This document shows positions 51,789 to 61,347 of a stretch of DNA of 64,000 nt, one piece after another. Under the pieces are notes generated by a model that saw nothing but the letters and a program-made list of their open reading frames with translations, searched no databases and had not been told where the DNA came from. The position numbers and the translations under genes were made by a program. Source of the DNA: an uncultured Gammaproteobacteria bacterium (lineage in GTDB: Bacteria > Patescibacteriota > Microgenomatia > UBA8517); contig CAZCXV010000001.1 of the NCBI GenBank assembly GCA_964502815.1, positions 7,907 to 71,906 on the forward strand, written 5' to 3'. The stretch's first letter is position 1, and each line of letters begins with the position of its first letter.

Positions 51789-52751
51789 TCATATCAAAAA
51801 TCTTCTTTTGATAAACACCACCAAATAACTTACAACAGAAACAAAACACATAAGTGGATGGAGCAACCAAGCTTTCTGGCGCTCTTTAATACAATTAAAC
51901 ACGCCTTCAATAAACGGACCAATTATCGAAGCGCAATAGACAGCACTCATGACAAAACGTAATTTTGGTATACCCTCAACCCAAGTTCTTTTCTTTTCAT
52001 CTTTTCTATTTAGATACTTATTGCCAATCTTAAGGCGTTTGTTGATAAAATCCCTCAACGAGTTAACATGGTAATGGTAAATACCAACACCAGGGATCCT
52101 AGCAAATTTTCTAAAACCTGCCTCTTTAGCAAAGAAGGAGAAATTTGACTCTTCAAATTTTTGCGAGTACTGGCCAACTTTTTTAATAACTCTCTTGTTC
52201 CATAAAAACCCATTTGCACCTAAGGGATAACTGGAATTCTTTGGAATTGTAAGCTCGATATAGCCTGATTTTTGTTTTTGCTCCAATTTTCCAGCAATAC
52301 TTCGAGAAAATGGGTCTGCAATATGCGCAACCATGCAATAGGTGTTGTAAATACTCTCACCTTTTTTTGGAAAATAATAAGATTCGACACCAAATAGATT
52401 CGGGTCGTCAAGTAATGGTTTTACCATTTTAGCTAACCAATACTTACTTATTATCTCATTATCAGAATCAAGTAGGGCAACTATTTCCCCTTTTGAATGC
52501 TTTATACCAATTGATTTTGCTGATTCCGGATCTACTTTAGGGTTATCAATCACTTTTGCTCCATGTTTATGGGCAATTGTACGTGTAGCATCTTTTGATC
52601 CTCCATCAATAACAAAAATTTCATACTTATTTTTAGGGTAGATTTGTTTTTTAACACTTTTCAAGCATTTTTCCAGATATATTTGAGAATTGTATGTAGG
52701 TACAATAAAGGTGACAAATGGATGTTGCATCTCGTGCTTATTGTACCTCAA
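51789..52751 (-). CDS. Glycosyltransferase family 2
   Basis: FVTFIVPTYNSQIYLEKCLKSVKKQIYPKNKYEIFVIDGGSKDAT...LLDSDN. A C-terminal TM is present. Confidence 0.8.
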   Translation of the reverse strand: MRYNKHEMQHPFVTFIVPTYNSQIYLEKCLKSVKKQIYPKNKYEIFVIDGGSKDATRTIAHKHGAKVIDNPKVDPESAKSIGIKHSKGEIVALLDSDNEIISKYWLAKMVKPLLDDPNLFGVESYYFPKKGESIYNTYCMVAHIADPFSRSIAGKLEQKQKSGYIELTIPKNSSYPLGANGFLWNKRVIKKVGQYSQKFEESNFSFFAKEAGFRKFARIPGVGIYHYHVNSLRDFINKRLKIGNKYLNRKDEKKRTWVEGIPKLRFVMSAVYCASIIGPFIEGVFNCIKERQKAWLLHPLMCFVSVVSYLVVFIKRRFLI

Positions 52752-55449
52752 CTTTTGGAATTTGGATAATCATCTCCTCAAGAACTACTTGACCTGGAAT
52801 CTTAAAGTTAGATAATCTAATTTTATCTATCTTAGTTCCACCTGCAGGGAGGATGAAACTATAGTAATGTAGCTTTCCATCATAGATGATTTTAATTTCA
52901 GATTTAGTTTGTGTTAGCCATTTTTCACCCCCGTCTCCCCACCAATATGGTTGGAGTGTACCGGTGTAGTTAATAGCAGATAATCGGTCAATAAAACCTT
53001 TTTTATTATTAACAAAGATAAAAGGGTTATTGATAAAGTCTTGAATCTCTGTAACATTGGCGGAGGAAAATTCTTCTGGGATAACAATGAATTCTGAAAT
53101 CATTGGTGAATCCTGCCCTAAGGTATCAAAAATAGTCATTTTTACATATCTTGCTAAAGAAGGTTTAAGTTTGACTTCTTGAGGAATTTGAATATCAATA
53201 GAGAAGTCCTCCACTTTTGCAACCTCTTGCCAAGATTTTCCATCAAGCGAGGTTTCAATTACATAGCTTATTGGAAAGTTATTTCTAGATCCACCTTGCC
53301 AATTTACTTTTCCTAGTTTTGTCAACTGGGGTAACTCAACTTGCAAAAACGTCTGTTCGGTAGTCCAAGCAGTTCTATCAGATTGCCAAACTGTTGACTC
53401 ATCCATATCAGCAAGATGTTTTTCGATTCTTGCTTGCCATTGACTACTGGTCTTTATTTTAATTTTTTGATAATACATTTCGATATACTTTTTGTATCCA
53501 ATGGCCATCTCTTCTAATTTAGGTTCTTTCCAAGGTGTACCACTGAAATCTCTGGTCGCTGATTTCAAATTGACAAAAGGATAAACAGTTGCAGTACTGT
53601 TGAGAGGAATTGCCTTCAAAGCAAGTATAACTTCTAATGGATGAATACTTGATATCGGCTCTTTAAAACTAATCTCAAGATCAGATGCTGACCACGTAGG
53701 TAATCCTTTATTTTCAGATACTTGTGTTTCAGAGACAGTAGGAAGATTAAAAGCTGGCTCAAAGGATTTTAAACTGCCTTCAAAGTAAGCCCTTATACTA
53801 TTTGATGTGTCAACAAGTCCAGCTTGTGAATACCAAAAGGAATGTATTTTACCTGGATCAACTTTTTCTTTTGCAAGTGTTTTGACTAAACTGTCAAAAT
53901 CTGTAATTAAAAAAAAGTCATAGCGATCTACCCCATATCTCCAAGCAAATGATCCACTGTCTGGAACCATGGCGGCAGAAATAGCATCTCTAAAATTCCT
54001 TTGTCTGCCTGGAGCAACATCAAAATACAACACATCACCCTTGTTAAGGGTCGGGAGTAGCACCTTAAGGTCCTGATAGAAACTCTTAACTGGAAAGCTT
54101 CTAGTTTCAAGAATTTTTCTTTGATACAAAAAGGCATTAACAAGATTACCCACAGTCACAAGAACAATCAAAGCAGCTGCAATGTTGCTTATTTTGTTTT
54201 TTGATTCTCTCAAATTTACAAACAGAAAGCCCAATATTCCCGCGTAAATAAAGAATGAATGCGCAATGTATCTGTTTACTGTATCGTAGGCAACAGTTGG
54301 ATAATAGGAGGAATATGCCAAAATGTTTGCAACCATCCAGAAAAACAGAAATAGAAAGATTCGATTACCTTTTTTCAATGAAACGAAGATACAAAGAGCA
54401 AAGATCAGCACCAAACCCCCCACAAAAGCAGTTAACTGATATATTTGGCCAACTCCGAGAAGAAGGTTGGTAAAAATCGACCTAGACCAAAGAGACCATA
54501 ATATCAACAGAAAGACAAAAATAGGAATCAAGATTTTTCTTTTTTTATGATTTCTCAATAATAATATTATGATTACAAACGAAATCATAAATAGAATTAT
54601 TCTTTCAACTGTTAAATTTTTTGAAATATTTAGTACAGGGTTAAATAGCCAATCTGGAAAGATTAAATTAGCCAAAGAAGACAAATATCCATATGCTAGA
54701 TACAGCTTTCCACTCAATATTCCCAAAACGTAGTCTTTTGCAACTGAAGACCTACTGTCACCAGCAAAAAGAATTTTGTTGAAAATAACAAAAAAAGGTA
54801 AAATTCTAAATATTGGAAATACAATAGTCTTAATTGATTTAAAAGAAAAAAAGAAAATTAATTCAAAAGCTAGGACAACCAAAAATAAATAGTGAGTTCT
54901 ACTGATAGCAATATGCATAGAGAAAAAAAATGTGGCTAAAGCGATAAGATACCAATAAATTTTCTGTTGTTTAAAATATTTCCAATAAAACAAGAAAAAC
55001 AATCCTACTAAGATAATCGTTATGCTTGTAGTTGCACTATTTGCCATTCGCCAAAATCCGTCCGAGGTTGTGTAACCTGCTCCGAAAACGAGTCCGGCAA
55101 CTTTCCCCTCCCTCTCACCCAAAACGGCGGTAAATACCTTATATACTGAAATAGTTGCTAAACAATAAAGAATAATCAACAAAGCAAAATAGAACACTGG
55201 ATTGTGGCCAAAAAAACTGTAAATTGGGATAAATGGAATGGCTGCATACTTATATACTCCCTCACCTAAGGGCCCTTTCCCAAAAAAACCTACTGATTCT
55301 TGTAAGTTGGCTAATTTAATAAACAAAGCATTGTCGTCTTCCCAAGGTTGCATCCAAAGCATCTGTCCGTAAGAGACAAATACTAGCAAAATCAAAACTA
55401 ACCAAAAGTTTGTCAACAGTTTTTTCACAATACCACAATGATACACCAT
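52738..55449 (-). CDS. Large polytopic membrane protein (903 aa) with C-terminal F5/8 type C (discoidin) domain
   Basis: About 13 N-terminal TM helices. The C-terminus VWQSDRTAWTTEQTFLQVELPQLTKLGKVNWQGGSRNNFPISYVIETSLDGKSWQEVAKV fits the discoidin pattern. Confidence 0.7.
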   Translation of the reverse strand: MVYHCGIVKKLLTNFWLVLILLVFVSYGQMLWMQPWEDDNALFIKLANLQESVGFFGKGPLGEGVYKYAAIPFIPIYSFFGHNPVFYFALLIILYCLATISVYKVFTAVLGEREGKVAGLVFGAGYTTSDGFWRMANSATTSITIILVGLFFLFYWKYFKQQKIYWYLIALATFFFSMHIAISRTHYLFLVVLAFELIFFFSFKSIKTIVFPIFRILPFFVIFNKILFAGDSRSSVAKDYVLGILSGKLYLAYGYLSSLANLIFPDWLFNPVLNISKNLTVERIILFMISFVIIILLLRNHKKRKILIPIFVFLLILWSLWSRSIFTNLLLGVGQIYQLTAFVGGLVLIFALCIFVSLKKGNRIFLFLFFWMVANILAYSSYYPTVAYDTVNRYIAHSFFIYAGILGFLFVNLRESKNKISNIAAALIVLVTVGNLVNAFLYQRKILETRSFPVKSFYQDLKVLLPTLNKGDVLYFDVAPGRQRNFRDAISAAMVPDSGSFAWRYGVDRYDFFLITDFDSLVKTLAKEKVDPGKIHSFWYSQAGLVDTSNSIRAYFEGSLKSFEPAFNLPTVSETQVSENKGLPTWSASDLEISFKEPISSIHPLEVILALKAIPLNSTATVYPFVNLKSATRDFSGTPWKEPKLEEMAIGYKKYIEMYYQKIKIKTSSQWQARIEKHLADMDESTVWQSDRTAWTTEQTFLQVELPQLTKLGKVNWQGGSRNNFPISYVIETSLDGKSWQEVAKVEDFSIDIQIPQEVKLKPSLARYVKMTIFDTLGQDSPMISEFIVIPEEFSSANVTEIQDFINNPFIFVNNKKGFIDRLSAINYTGTLQPYWWGDGGEKWLTQTKSEIKIIYDGKLHYYSFILPAGGTKIDKIRLSNFKIPGQVVLEEMIIQIPKVEVQ

Positions 55450-55503
55450 CTTTGATTTGACTCAATAGTAGATAAATTTGCTGATCAATAGAAAATATCG
55501 AAG

Positions 55504-56646
55504 CTACTTTTTCTTAAAGCGAAGTAAAAACCAAAGGCTAGATATCCCCAAAAGTGTTTTTATTATTACAAAAGGATTTGCTCCTTTTGATTTTCCACCT
55601 GCCCTGTCGTGCCAGTAAATTGGTACTTCTGTAAACTTATATTTTTTTTGCAGAGCTTTAACAAAAAATTCTGGTAAAAACATCGCACTTCTATCTTCAG
55701 AGTTTATTTCAATCGATTCAATAACTCTTCTTCTCCACAAAAATACTGATGAAATTTGTCTAAATGGAATGCCCAGTAAATTCTTAATTAACAAATGGAA
55801 TGCCCAAGAGTTAAAATCACGAATTATACCTTCATCCCTGTAGACCCTATACCCAATTGCTCCATCATATCCGCGAACAGCTTCTGTAAATTTGTTAAAT
55901 TCCTTAAAGTCAAACTGACCATCAGCAGGTGCCAAAAAAACAAGGTGCTTTTTTGCAGAATAGAGTGCAGTTTTCATAGCTCCGGTAAAACCTTTGTTTT
56001 TTTGATGATGGATAGCTCGTATTTTTTTGTTTCTCTTGGCAAGTCTATCTATTATCCTTCCTGTATTATCAGTAGAGCCGTCGTTAACTAATACTATTTC
56101 AAAATCTTTAGATTCTTTACCTACATTTTCCAAAATATCAGAAACAACTTTTTCAATTGTTTTTTCTTCATTAAATGCTGGAATGACAATAGAAACCGAT
56201 TCTTTCTCGATATCTTTTAAGAATTTTTTACTTGAGCCAATTATTTTAGCCGGCACACCAACAACTAAAGAGTATGGTGGAACAACCATTCTCTCAGAAA
56301 CAACAGCTCCTGCCCCGATAACAGAATGGTGACCAATTTTTGCACCTCGCAAAATAACAGCGTTGGTACCAATAAAACAAAATTCACCAATTTCAGTTGG
56401 TAGTGCATCCACATCCGGGTGTCGCCTTTCAGAAATACACCTTCTTACTGTTGAATGTGTAAGTATTTGTGCACCACTTGAAATGTCTGTGCCACGTCCC
56501 ACTTTTAGCGGCGCATAAAGTGCATCAATTAAACAAAACGATCCTACCCAAACCCTCGGGCCTATTTCAGGATTTCCTAAAATCCAAGCATGCTTATTGT
56601 ATGGATTGTCTGGTAGCCCGTGATCGAAGCTGTCTACACTCATCAT
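55504..56646 (-). CDS. Bifunctional fusion: N-terminal hexapeptide-repeat (LbH) acyl/acetyltransferase + C-terminal GT2 polyprenyl-phosphate sugar synthase (DPM1/ArnC-like) with C-terminal membrane anchor
   Basis: The N-terminus carries hexapeptide repeats ...EIGEFCFIGTNAVILRGAKIGHHSVIGAGAVVSERMVVPPYSLVVGVPAKIIG. The C-terminus reads VSIVIPAFNEEKTIEKVVSDILENV...FEIVLVNDGSTDNTGRII...FLAPADGQ. The terminal hydrophobic segment is LLGISSLWFLLRF. Confidence 0.75.
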   Translation of the reverse strand: MMSVDSFDHGLPDNPYNKHAWILGNPEIGPRVWVGSFCLIDALYAPLKVGRGTDISSGAQILTHSTVRRCISERRHPDVDALPTEIGEFCFIGTNAVILRGAKIGHHSVIGAGAVVSERMVVPPYSLVVGVPAKIIGSSKKFLKDIEKESVSIVIPAFNEEKTIEKVVSDILENVGKESKDFEIVLVNDGSTDNTGRIIDRLAKRNKKIRAIHHQKNKGFTGAMKTALYSAKKHLVFLAPADGQFDFKEFNKFTEAVRGYDGAIGYRVYRDEGIIRDFNSWAFHLLIKNLLGIPFRQISSVFLWRRRVIESIEINSEDRSAMFLPEFFVKALQKKYKFTEVPIYWHDRAGGKSKGANPFVIIKTLLGISSLWFLLRFKKK

Positions 56647-57770
56647 TTTGTAAGCTTAATAATGCTGTCAATAACTAGGTCTTGCTCTGCCAATGTCATT
56701 GTAGGATACAAAGGAAGTGCAATGGTTTGGAGAGTTGCCTTTTCTGTTTCTGGAAGGCTAATTTTTCCAAACATATTTTGATATGGTTTTTCCAAGTGAC
56801 TTGCCATTACTCCACGTCGTGTCGATATCCCACTATCAGCAAGTTTTTGCATCAATTCATCTCTTGAGATAGTTGAATTTTCCTTCAATCTAATAACATA
56901 GGTTTGCCAATTGTGTTTGTAGCTTTCTGGAACAAAAGGTGGAACGATTAAATTGCTTCCCCAAAAAGCCTTAGTGTATCTTGCTACCAACTTCTCTCTT
57001 TTCACTAAAATTTCCGGAAGCTTTTTCATTTGTTCTATGCCAATTGCGGCCTGAATATCAGTCATTCTAAAATTATAACCAATTGTTGTGTATTCTTCAT
57101 GAATTACCTTTTTAGCATCATGGCGGGCCACATCTGAAATATTCATACCATGATGCCTCAAAGCCCTAGCTTTGTCTGCAAGTTCTTTGTCGTTTGTAGT
57201 GATCATTCCCCCTTCACCTGTAGTAATTACTTTTCTAGGGTGAAAGCTAAAACAAGCAATGGGTGCCTTTGCGCCAACTTTTTCTCCATTATATTCACTA
57301 CCTATTGCAGGGGCAGCGTCCTCAACCACGATAAGTTTGTGCTCTTTGGCAATCTCATTAATTTGATCCATATCACAAGGCATTCCAATCTGGTCAACCG
57401 GCATAATTACTTTTGTTTTTTTAGTAATTTTCCTTTCTATTTCTTTTGGATCGAGGTTGTAGGTTAATGGGTCAATATCAACAAATATGGGTGTTGCTCC
57501 AGCATGGACAATCACGTTTACAGTTGCTATAAACGTAAATGAAGGAACAATGACTTCATCTCCAGGACCTACATCAAAAAGTTTAAGAGCCATAAAAAGA
57601 GCAGTGGTTGCCGAGGTTGTTGCAATTGCGTATTTTGTACCGATGTAGCTTGCAACCACTTCTTCAAACTCAGCTACTTTCGGTCCCTGGGTTACCCAAC
57701 CACTAGCCAATACCTCATTAACTGCTTTTTTCTCTTCATCATCAAATAGTGGTTTTTGAATGGGAATCAT
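56643..57770 (-). CDS. DegT/DnrJ/EryC1/StrS-family PLP-dependent sugar aminotransferase
   Basis: KAVNEVLASGWVTQGPKVAEFEEVVASYIGTKYAIATTSATTALFMAL. The PLP-lysine region is ...FSFHPRKVITTGEGG. Confidence 0.9.
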   Translation of the reverse strand: MIPIQKPLFDDEEKKAVNEVLASGWVTQGPKVAEFEEVVASYIGTKYAIATTSATTALFMALKLFDVGPGDEVIVPSFTFIATVNVIVHAGATPIFVDIDPLTYNLDPKEIERKITKKTKVIMPVDQIGMPCDMDQINEIAKEHKLIVVEDAAPAIGSEYNGEKVGAKAPIACFSFHPRKVITTGEGGMITTNDKELADKARALRHHGMNISDVARHDAKKVIHEEYTTIGYNFRMTDIQAAIGIEQMKKLPEILVKREKLVARYTKAFWGSNLIVPPFVPESYKHNWQTYVIRLKENSTISRDELMQKLADSGISTRRGVMASHLEKPYQNMFGKISLPETEKATLQTIALPLYPTMTLAEQDLVIDSIIKLTK

Positions 57771-58723
57771 TTTCGGTTATACCAGGTAACTAGCTTCTTC
57801 ATTCCTTCTTCCAAGGTTACTTCGGGTTTAAATCCAAGATCGTTTTTAACTTTTGTCAAATCAGCTTGTCTTCTAGATACATAGCCAATTTGGCCATTTC
57901 CTGGACGATGCTCAATCTTCAGTTTACTACCAGTCGCTTTTAAAAGAGCAGAGGCTAAATCGTTCAAACTAACTTGCTTTCCAAATCCTAAGTTATAAAA
58001 ACCCTCTATAACTTTACTTTTTAAAGCTTTAACGACTATTTTTGCAACGTCCTCAACATAGACAAAATCAAAAGTTTGTTTACCATCCCCAGAAATTACT
58101 GGCGACTCGTTAGAATTTATTCTTTCAAGCCATTTAATAAGTACTTCGGTATAAATTCCTGAAGCATCCATTCTTGGACCATATACATTAAAGGGTCTGA
58201 AACAAACATAACTTAATCCGAATTGTCTATGAAAGGCCTTAATAAACTGCTCATTTGCAATTTTAGCTGCGCCATACATGGCATCATTCCTGTATGGGTC
58301 TGTTTCTTTCATTGGAAGCTTCAGAGGATCACCATACACAGAAGCCGAAGAGTTGAAAACCATTTTTTTAACTTTGTGTTTTGCACAGGATTCAAAAACA
58401 TTAAATGTTCCATCCACAAGTATTTCATTACAAAGGCGTGGATCGTCATCACAGTTTCTATTTTTAATGACTGCCATATGTACAACCCAGTCTGCTCTTT
58501 TAATGTATTTATTTGTTACTTTGGGGTCTCTAATGTCTGCTTTAACAAATTGTACCCTTTTATCTTTTAAAAGGTGTGTAACATTTTCTTTTGTCCCTCT
58601 TATAAGATTGTCAATAATAATTATTTTGGAAACCTTTGCAGTCTTATCTTTTAAGAGGTAGTCAACAATCCACGAACCGATAAAGCCTGCTCCTCCTGTG
58701 ATAACCACCTTTCTTGAGGTCAT
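57767..58723 (-). CDS. NAD-dependent sugar epimerase/dehydratase (extended SDR)
   Basis: VVITGGAGFIGSWIVDYLL Rossmann motif and YGAAK (YxxxK) catalytic motif. Confidence 0.85.
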   Translation of the reverse strand: MTSRKVVITGGAGFIGSWIVDYLLKDKTAKVSKIIIIDNLIRGTKENVTHLLKDKRVQFVKADIRDPKVTNKYIKRADWVVHMAVIKNRNCDDDPRLCNEILVDGTFNVFESCAKHKVKKMVFNSSASVYGDPLKLPMKETDPYRNDAMYGAAKIANEQFIKAFHRQFGLSYVCFRPFNVYGPRMDASGIYTEVLIKWLERINSNESPVISGDGKQTFDFVYVEDVAKIVVKALKSKVIEGFYNLGFGKQVSLNDLASALLKATGSKLKIEHRPGNGQIGYVSRRQADLTKVKNDLGFKPEVTLEEGMKKLVTWYNRK

Positions 58724-59826
58724 CTTTCAAAAAATTCTCCTATTTTGTCGCAGACATACTTAACTTCTTCAGGAGTTAAATATGGATGCATAGGCAGAGA
58801 AAGTATGTCCTTTGCATATTTTTCTGTGATTGGAAAATCACCTTTTTTATATCCCAAAAATGCGGTTGATTTATTTAGGTGGACCGGAATCGGATAATGG
58901 ATGCCCGTTCCTACTCCATTTTGTTTAAGAAATTCAATTAATTTATCTCTTTTAGGAGTGCGAATAACATATAAATGAAAATTGCTTTTATTAGGTTTTT
59001 CCCAAATCTTTGGTGTGACTACTGGAATACTGGAGAGTAGTTTATTGTAAAGCTTTGCAGATTCTATTCTTTTAGAATTTCTTACGTTTAATCTTTTTAA
59101 GTTGTGGAGCAGAAAAGCTGCATGAATTGTTGCTAATCTACTGTTGTAGCCATAAACATCATGGTGATACTTTTTAGTTTGGCCAACATCTCTCATGGCC
59201 TTAATCTTCTTATATAGTTTCAGGCTATTTGTTGTAATCGCCCCACCATCACCAGATGCACCAAGATTTTTGGCGGGATAGAAAGAAAAAGCTGCAATTG
59301 TCCCAAGAGAGCCACACCTTTTGCCATTAAACTCTGCACCGTGCGCCTGACAAGCATCTTCAATTACAAAAAGTTTATGCTTCTTTGCAATTTTATTAAT
59401 TTCTTTCATATCACAAGGCTGACCGTACAAGTGAACCGGAATAATTGCTTTCGTTTTTTTAGTAACTGCTTTTTCAATTCTTTCTGGGTCAATTAGATAA
59501 GTCTCTGAATCAACATCTACAAGGATCGGTTTTGCCCCTAAATCAATGATTGGCATAACAGTGGCAATAAAGGTATTAGCTGGAACAATTACTTCATCCC
59601 CTGATCCAATACCTAAACTTCGAAGCGAGAGAAGGAGAGCGTCTCTTCCAGACGCTAATCCAAGAGCGTATTTAGTTCCTGTATATTTTGCAAATGCTTG
59701 CTCAAATTCACCAACTTCTTGCCCTAAAATAAATCTCCCGTTTGTCAAAATATCCAGAACTGATTCATCGATCTCTTTCTTTACCTCTTTGTATTGTGAT
59801 TTTAAATCAATAAAGGAAACGTTCAT
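58720..59826 (-). CDS. DegT/DnrJ/EryC1/StrS-family PLP-dependent sugar aminotransferase (second copy)
   Basis: GQEVGEFEQAFAKYTGTKYALGLASGRDALLLSL...FSFYPAKNLGASGDGG. Confidence 0.9.
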   Translation of the reverse strand: MNVSFIDLKSQYKEVKKEIDESVLDILTNGRFILGQEVGEFEQAFAKYTGTKYALGLASGRDALLLSLRSLGIGSGDEVIVPANTFIATVMPIIDLGAKPILVDVDSETYLIDPERIEKAVTKKTKAIIPVHLYGQPCDMKEINKIAKKHKLFVIEDACQAHGAEFNGKRCGSLGTIAAFSFYPAKNLGASGDGGAITTNSLKLYKKIKAMRDVGQTKKYHHDVYGYNSRLATIHAAFLLHNLKRLNVRNSKRIESAKLYNKLLSSIPVVTPKIWEKPNKSNFHLYVIRTPKRDKLIEFLKQNGVGTGIHYPIPVHLNKSTAFLGYKKGDFPITEKYAKDILSLPMHPYLTPEEVKYVCDKIGEFFER

Positions 59827-59831
59827 TTTGT

Positions 59832-60275
59832 TTATTTTTTCTTAATAATTCTTGCCGGGTTACCAACAACCACTACTCCTTCCGGAACATCTTTGACCAC
59901 TACTGCTCCCGCTCCAATAATAACATTATTTCCAATGTTTACTGGAAGTATTGTGGCATTTGAGCCAATACTCACCCTATCACCAACAATTGTTTTTCTC
60001 ATAGTCCATTTTGTTTTATCTCCATCAGGCCAATCAAACAAATCGTTTATAAACATTACCCCATGGGCAACAAAACAGTCCTTTCCAATTACCACTCCTT
60101 CACACACAAAGGTATGACTACTGATTCTTGATCTATCACCAATACTTACACCTTTTTGAATTTCAACAAAAGGTCCTATGAATACCCCATCTCCCAAAGT
60201 GCACCCATACATATTTACCATCTCAGGGAGAGGTACTTTTACATCTTTTCCTTTAGTTACGTCTCTTTCAGCCAT
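59832..60275 (-). CDS. Hexapeptide-repeat N-acetyltransferase (WbpD/PglD-like amino-sugar N-acetyltransferase)
   Basis: 147 aa. LGDGVFIGPFVEIQKGVSIGDRSRISSHTFVCEGVVIGKDCFVAHGVMFIND...IGAGAVVVKDVPEGVVVVGNPAR. Confidence 0.8.
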   Translation of the reverse strand: MAERDVTKGKDVKVPLPEMVNMYGCTLGDGVFIGPFVEIQKGVSIGDRSRISSHTFVCEGVVIGKDCFVAHGVMFINDLFDWPDGDKTKWTMRKTIVGDRVSIGSNATILPVNIGNNVIIGAGAVVVKDVPEGVVVVGNPARIIKKK

Positions 60276-60277
60276 AT

Positions 60278-61294
60278 TTAAATTAAACTTACTTTTACAC
60301 TTTTTCTTGACGATTCATTTGCTTTTTCCAAAATATTTACAACACTCATCCCAAATTCCCCACTACTCATGGTGGTTTTTCTTTCAGAAATAGCCGTAAG
60401 GAATTCTTGACTAAGAGTTTTAAGTCCTTCAACTATGTCTATCCTAGGGGCCCAAACATCTCCTGATCTGTAACCAATCTTTGTCTGTAACACTTTACTT
60501 GTAGAATTTTTATGTTTATTCACAGTCACTCCTTTATCGTAAATTTTAACTTTTTCTGATGGCTCAACATCATTATAGACAATCATTTTCTTTGTGCCAA
60601 CAATCATCATTTGTCTTATCTTTAGTGGGGACAGCCAACTAACATGGATATGACAGGTAGTCTTTCCTGGATAATCCAAATGCAAGTGGCATACCTCTTC
60701 TTGCTTATCGTAATAAGATGCACCAACGGAGGTTAGAGATTTTGGAAACTTACCCAATAAATATTGAATAATTGAAATATCGTGGGTAGCAAGATCAAAA
60801 ACAACATTTGAGTCTGGTTGAAAAAGGCCGAGATTGGCTCTAGTGGAATCAATATGCAATACTTCTCCAATTTCGCCACTGTCGATAATTTCTTTTAGTT
60901 TTCTAACTTCTTGCGTAAATAAAAACGTGTGATCAACCATAAGTATTTTATTATTCTTTTGCGCAATCTCGACTAATTCTTTTGCTTCTTTAGTGTCAAG
61001 CGTCATTGGCTTTTCAATTAAAACATCTTTACCAGATTCGAGTGCTGCCTTAGCAAGTGGATGGTGAAATTTGGTGGGAGTTGCAATCACTACCGCATCT
61101 ACCTCACTATCATTTAGAATATCCTCGTAATTTTTAGTTAACATTATAGAAGGATAGGCTTTTCTTACCTTTTTAAGCTTTACAATATCTAAGTCACAAC
61201 AGTACAAAACCTCACAATCAAGATTGTTAGAAAAATTTCTAAGAAGATTAGGTCCCCAATAACCATACCCAACAATTGCGATCTTTTTTAACAT
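60278..61294 (-). CDS. Gfo/Idh/MocA-family NAD-dependent sugar oxidoreductase (WbpB-like UDP-sugar dehydrogenase)
   Basis: The Rossmann N-terminus MLKKIAIVGYGYWGPNLLRNF starts at ATG 61294..61292. The track ORF extends 19 codons further 5', which is probably not translated. Confidence 0.85.
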   Translation of the reverse strand: MLKKIAIVGYGYWGPNLLRNFSNNLDCEVLYCCDLDIVKLKKVRKAYPSIMLTKNYEDILNDSEVDAVVIATPTKFHHPLAKAALESGKDVLIEKPMTLDTKEAKELVEIAQKNNKILMVDHTFLFTQEVRKLKEIIDSGEIGEVLHIDSTRANLGLFQPDSNVVFDLATHDISIIQYLLGKFPKSLTSVGASYYDKQEEVCHLHLDYPGKTTCHIHVSWLSPLKIRQMMIVGTKKMIVYNDVEPSEKVKIYDKGVTVNKHKNSTSKVLQTKIGYRSGDVWAPRIDIVEGLKTLSQEFLTAISERKTTMSSGEFGMSVVNILEKANESSRKSVKVSLI

Positions 61295-61347
61295 ATAGAG
61301 ATTTAATATAGGATCCAAAATATATATACTACCAAAACCAAAGATAA

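Noticed and set aside
52851-52859. Isolated CCTGCAGGG (one arm of the 23-bp palindrome) inside GT2 gene 51789-52751
   Set aside because: Only a 9-mer half-site with no partner arm. It could be a decayed copy or chance. Noted but not counted as a fourth element.
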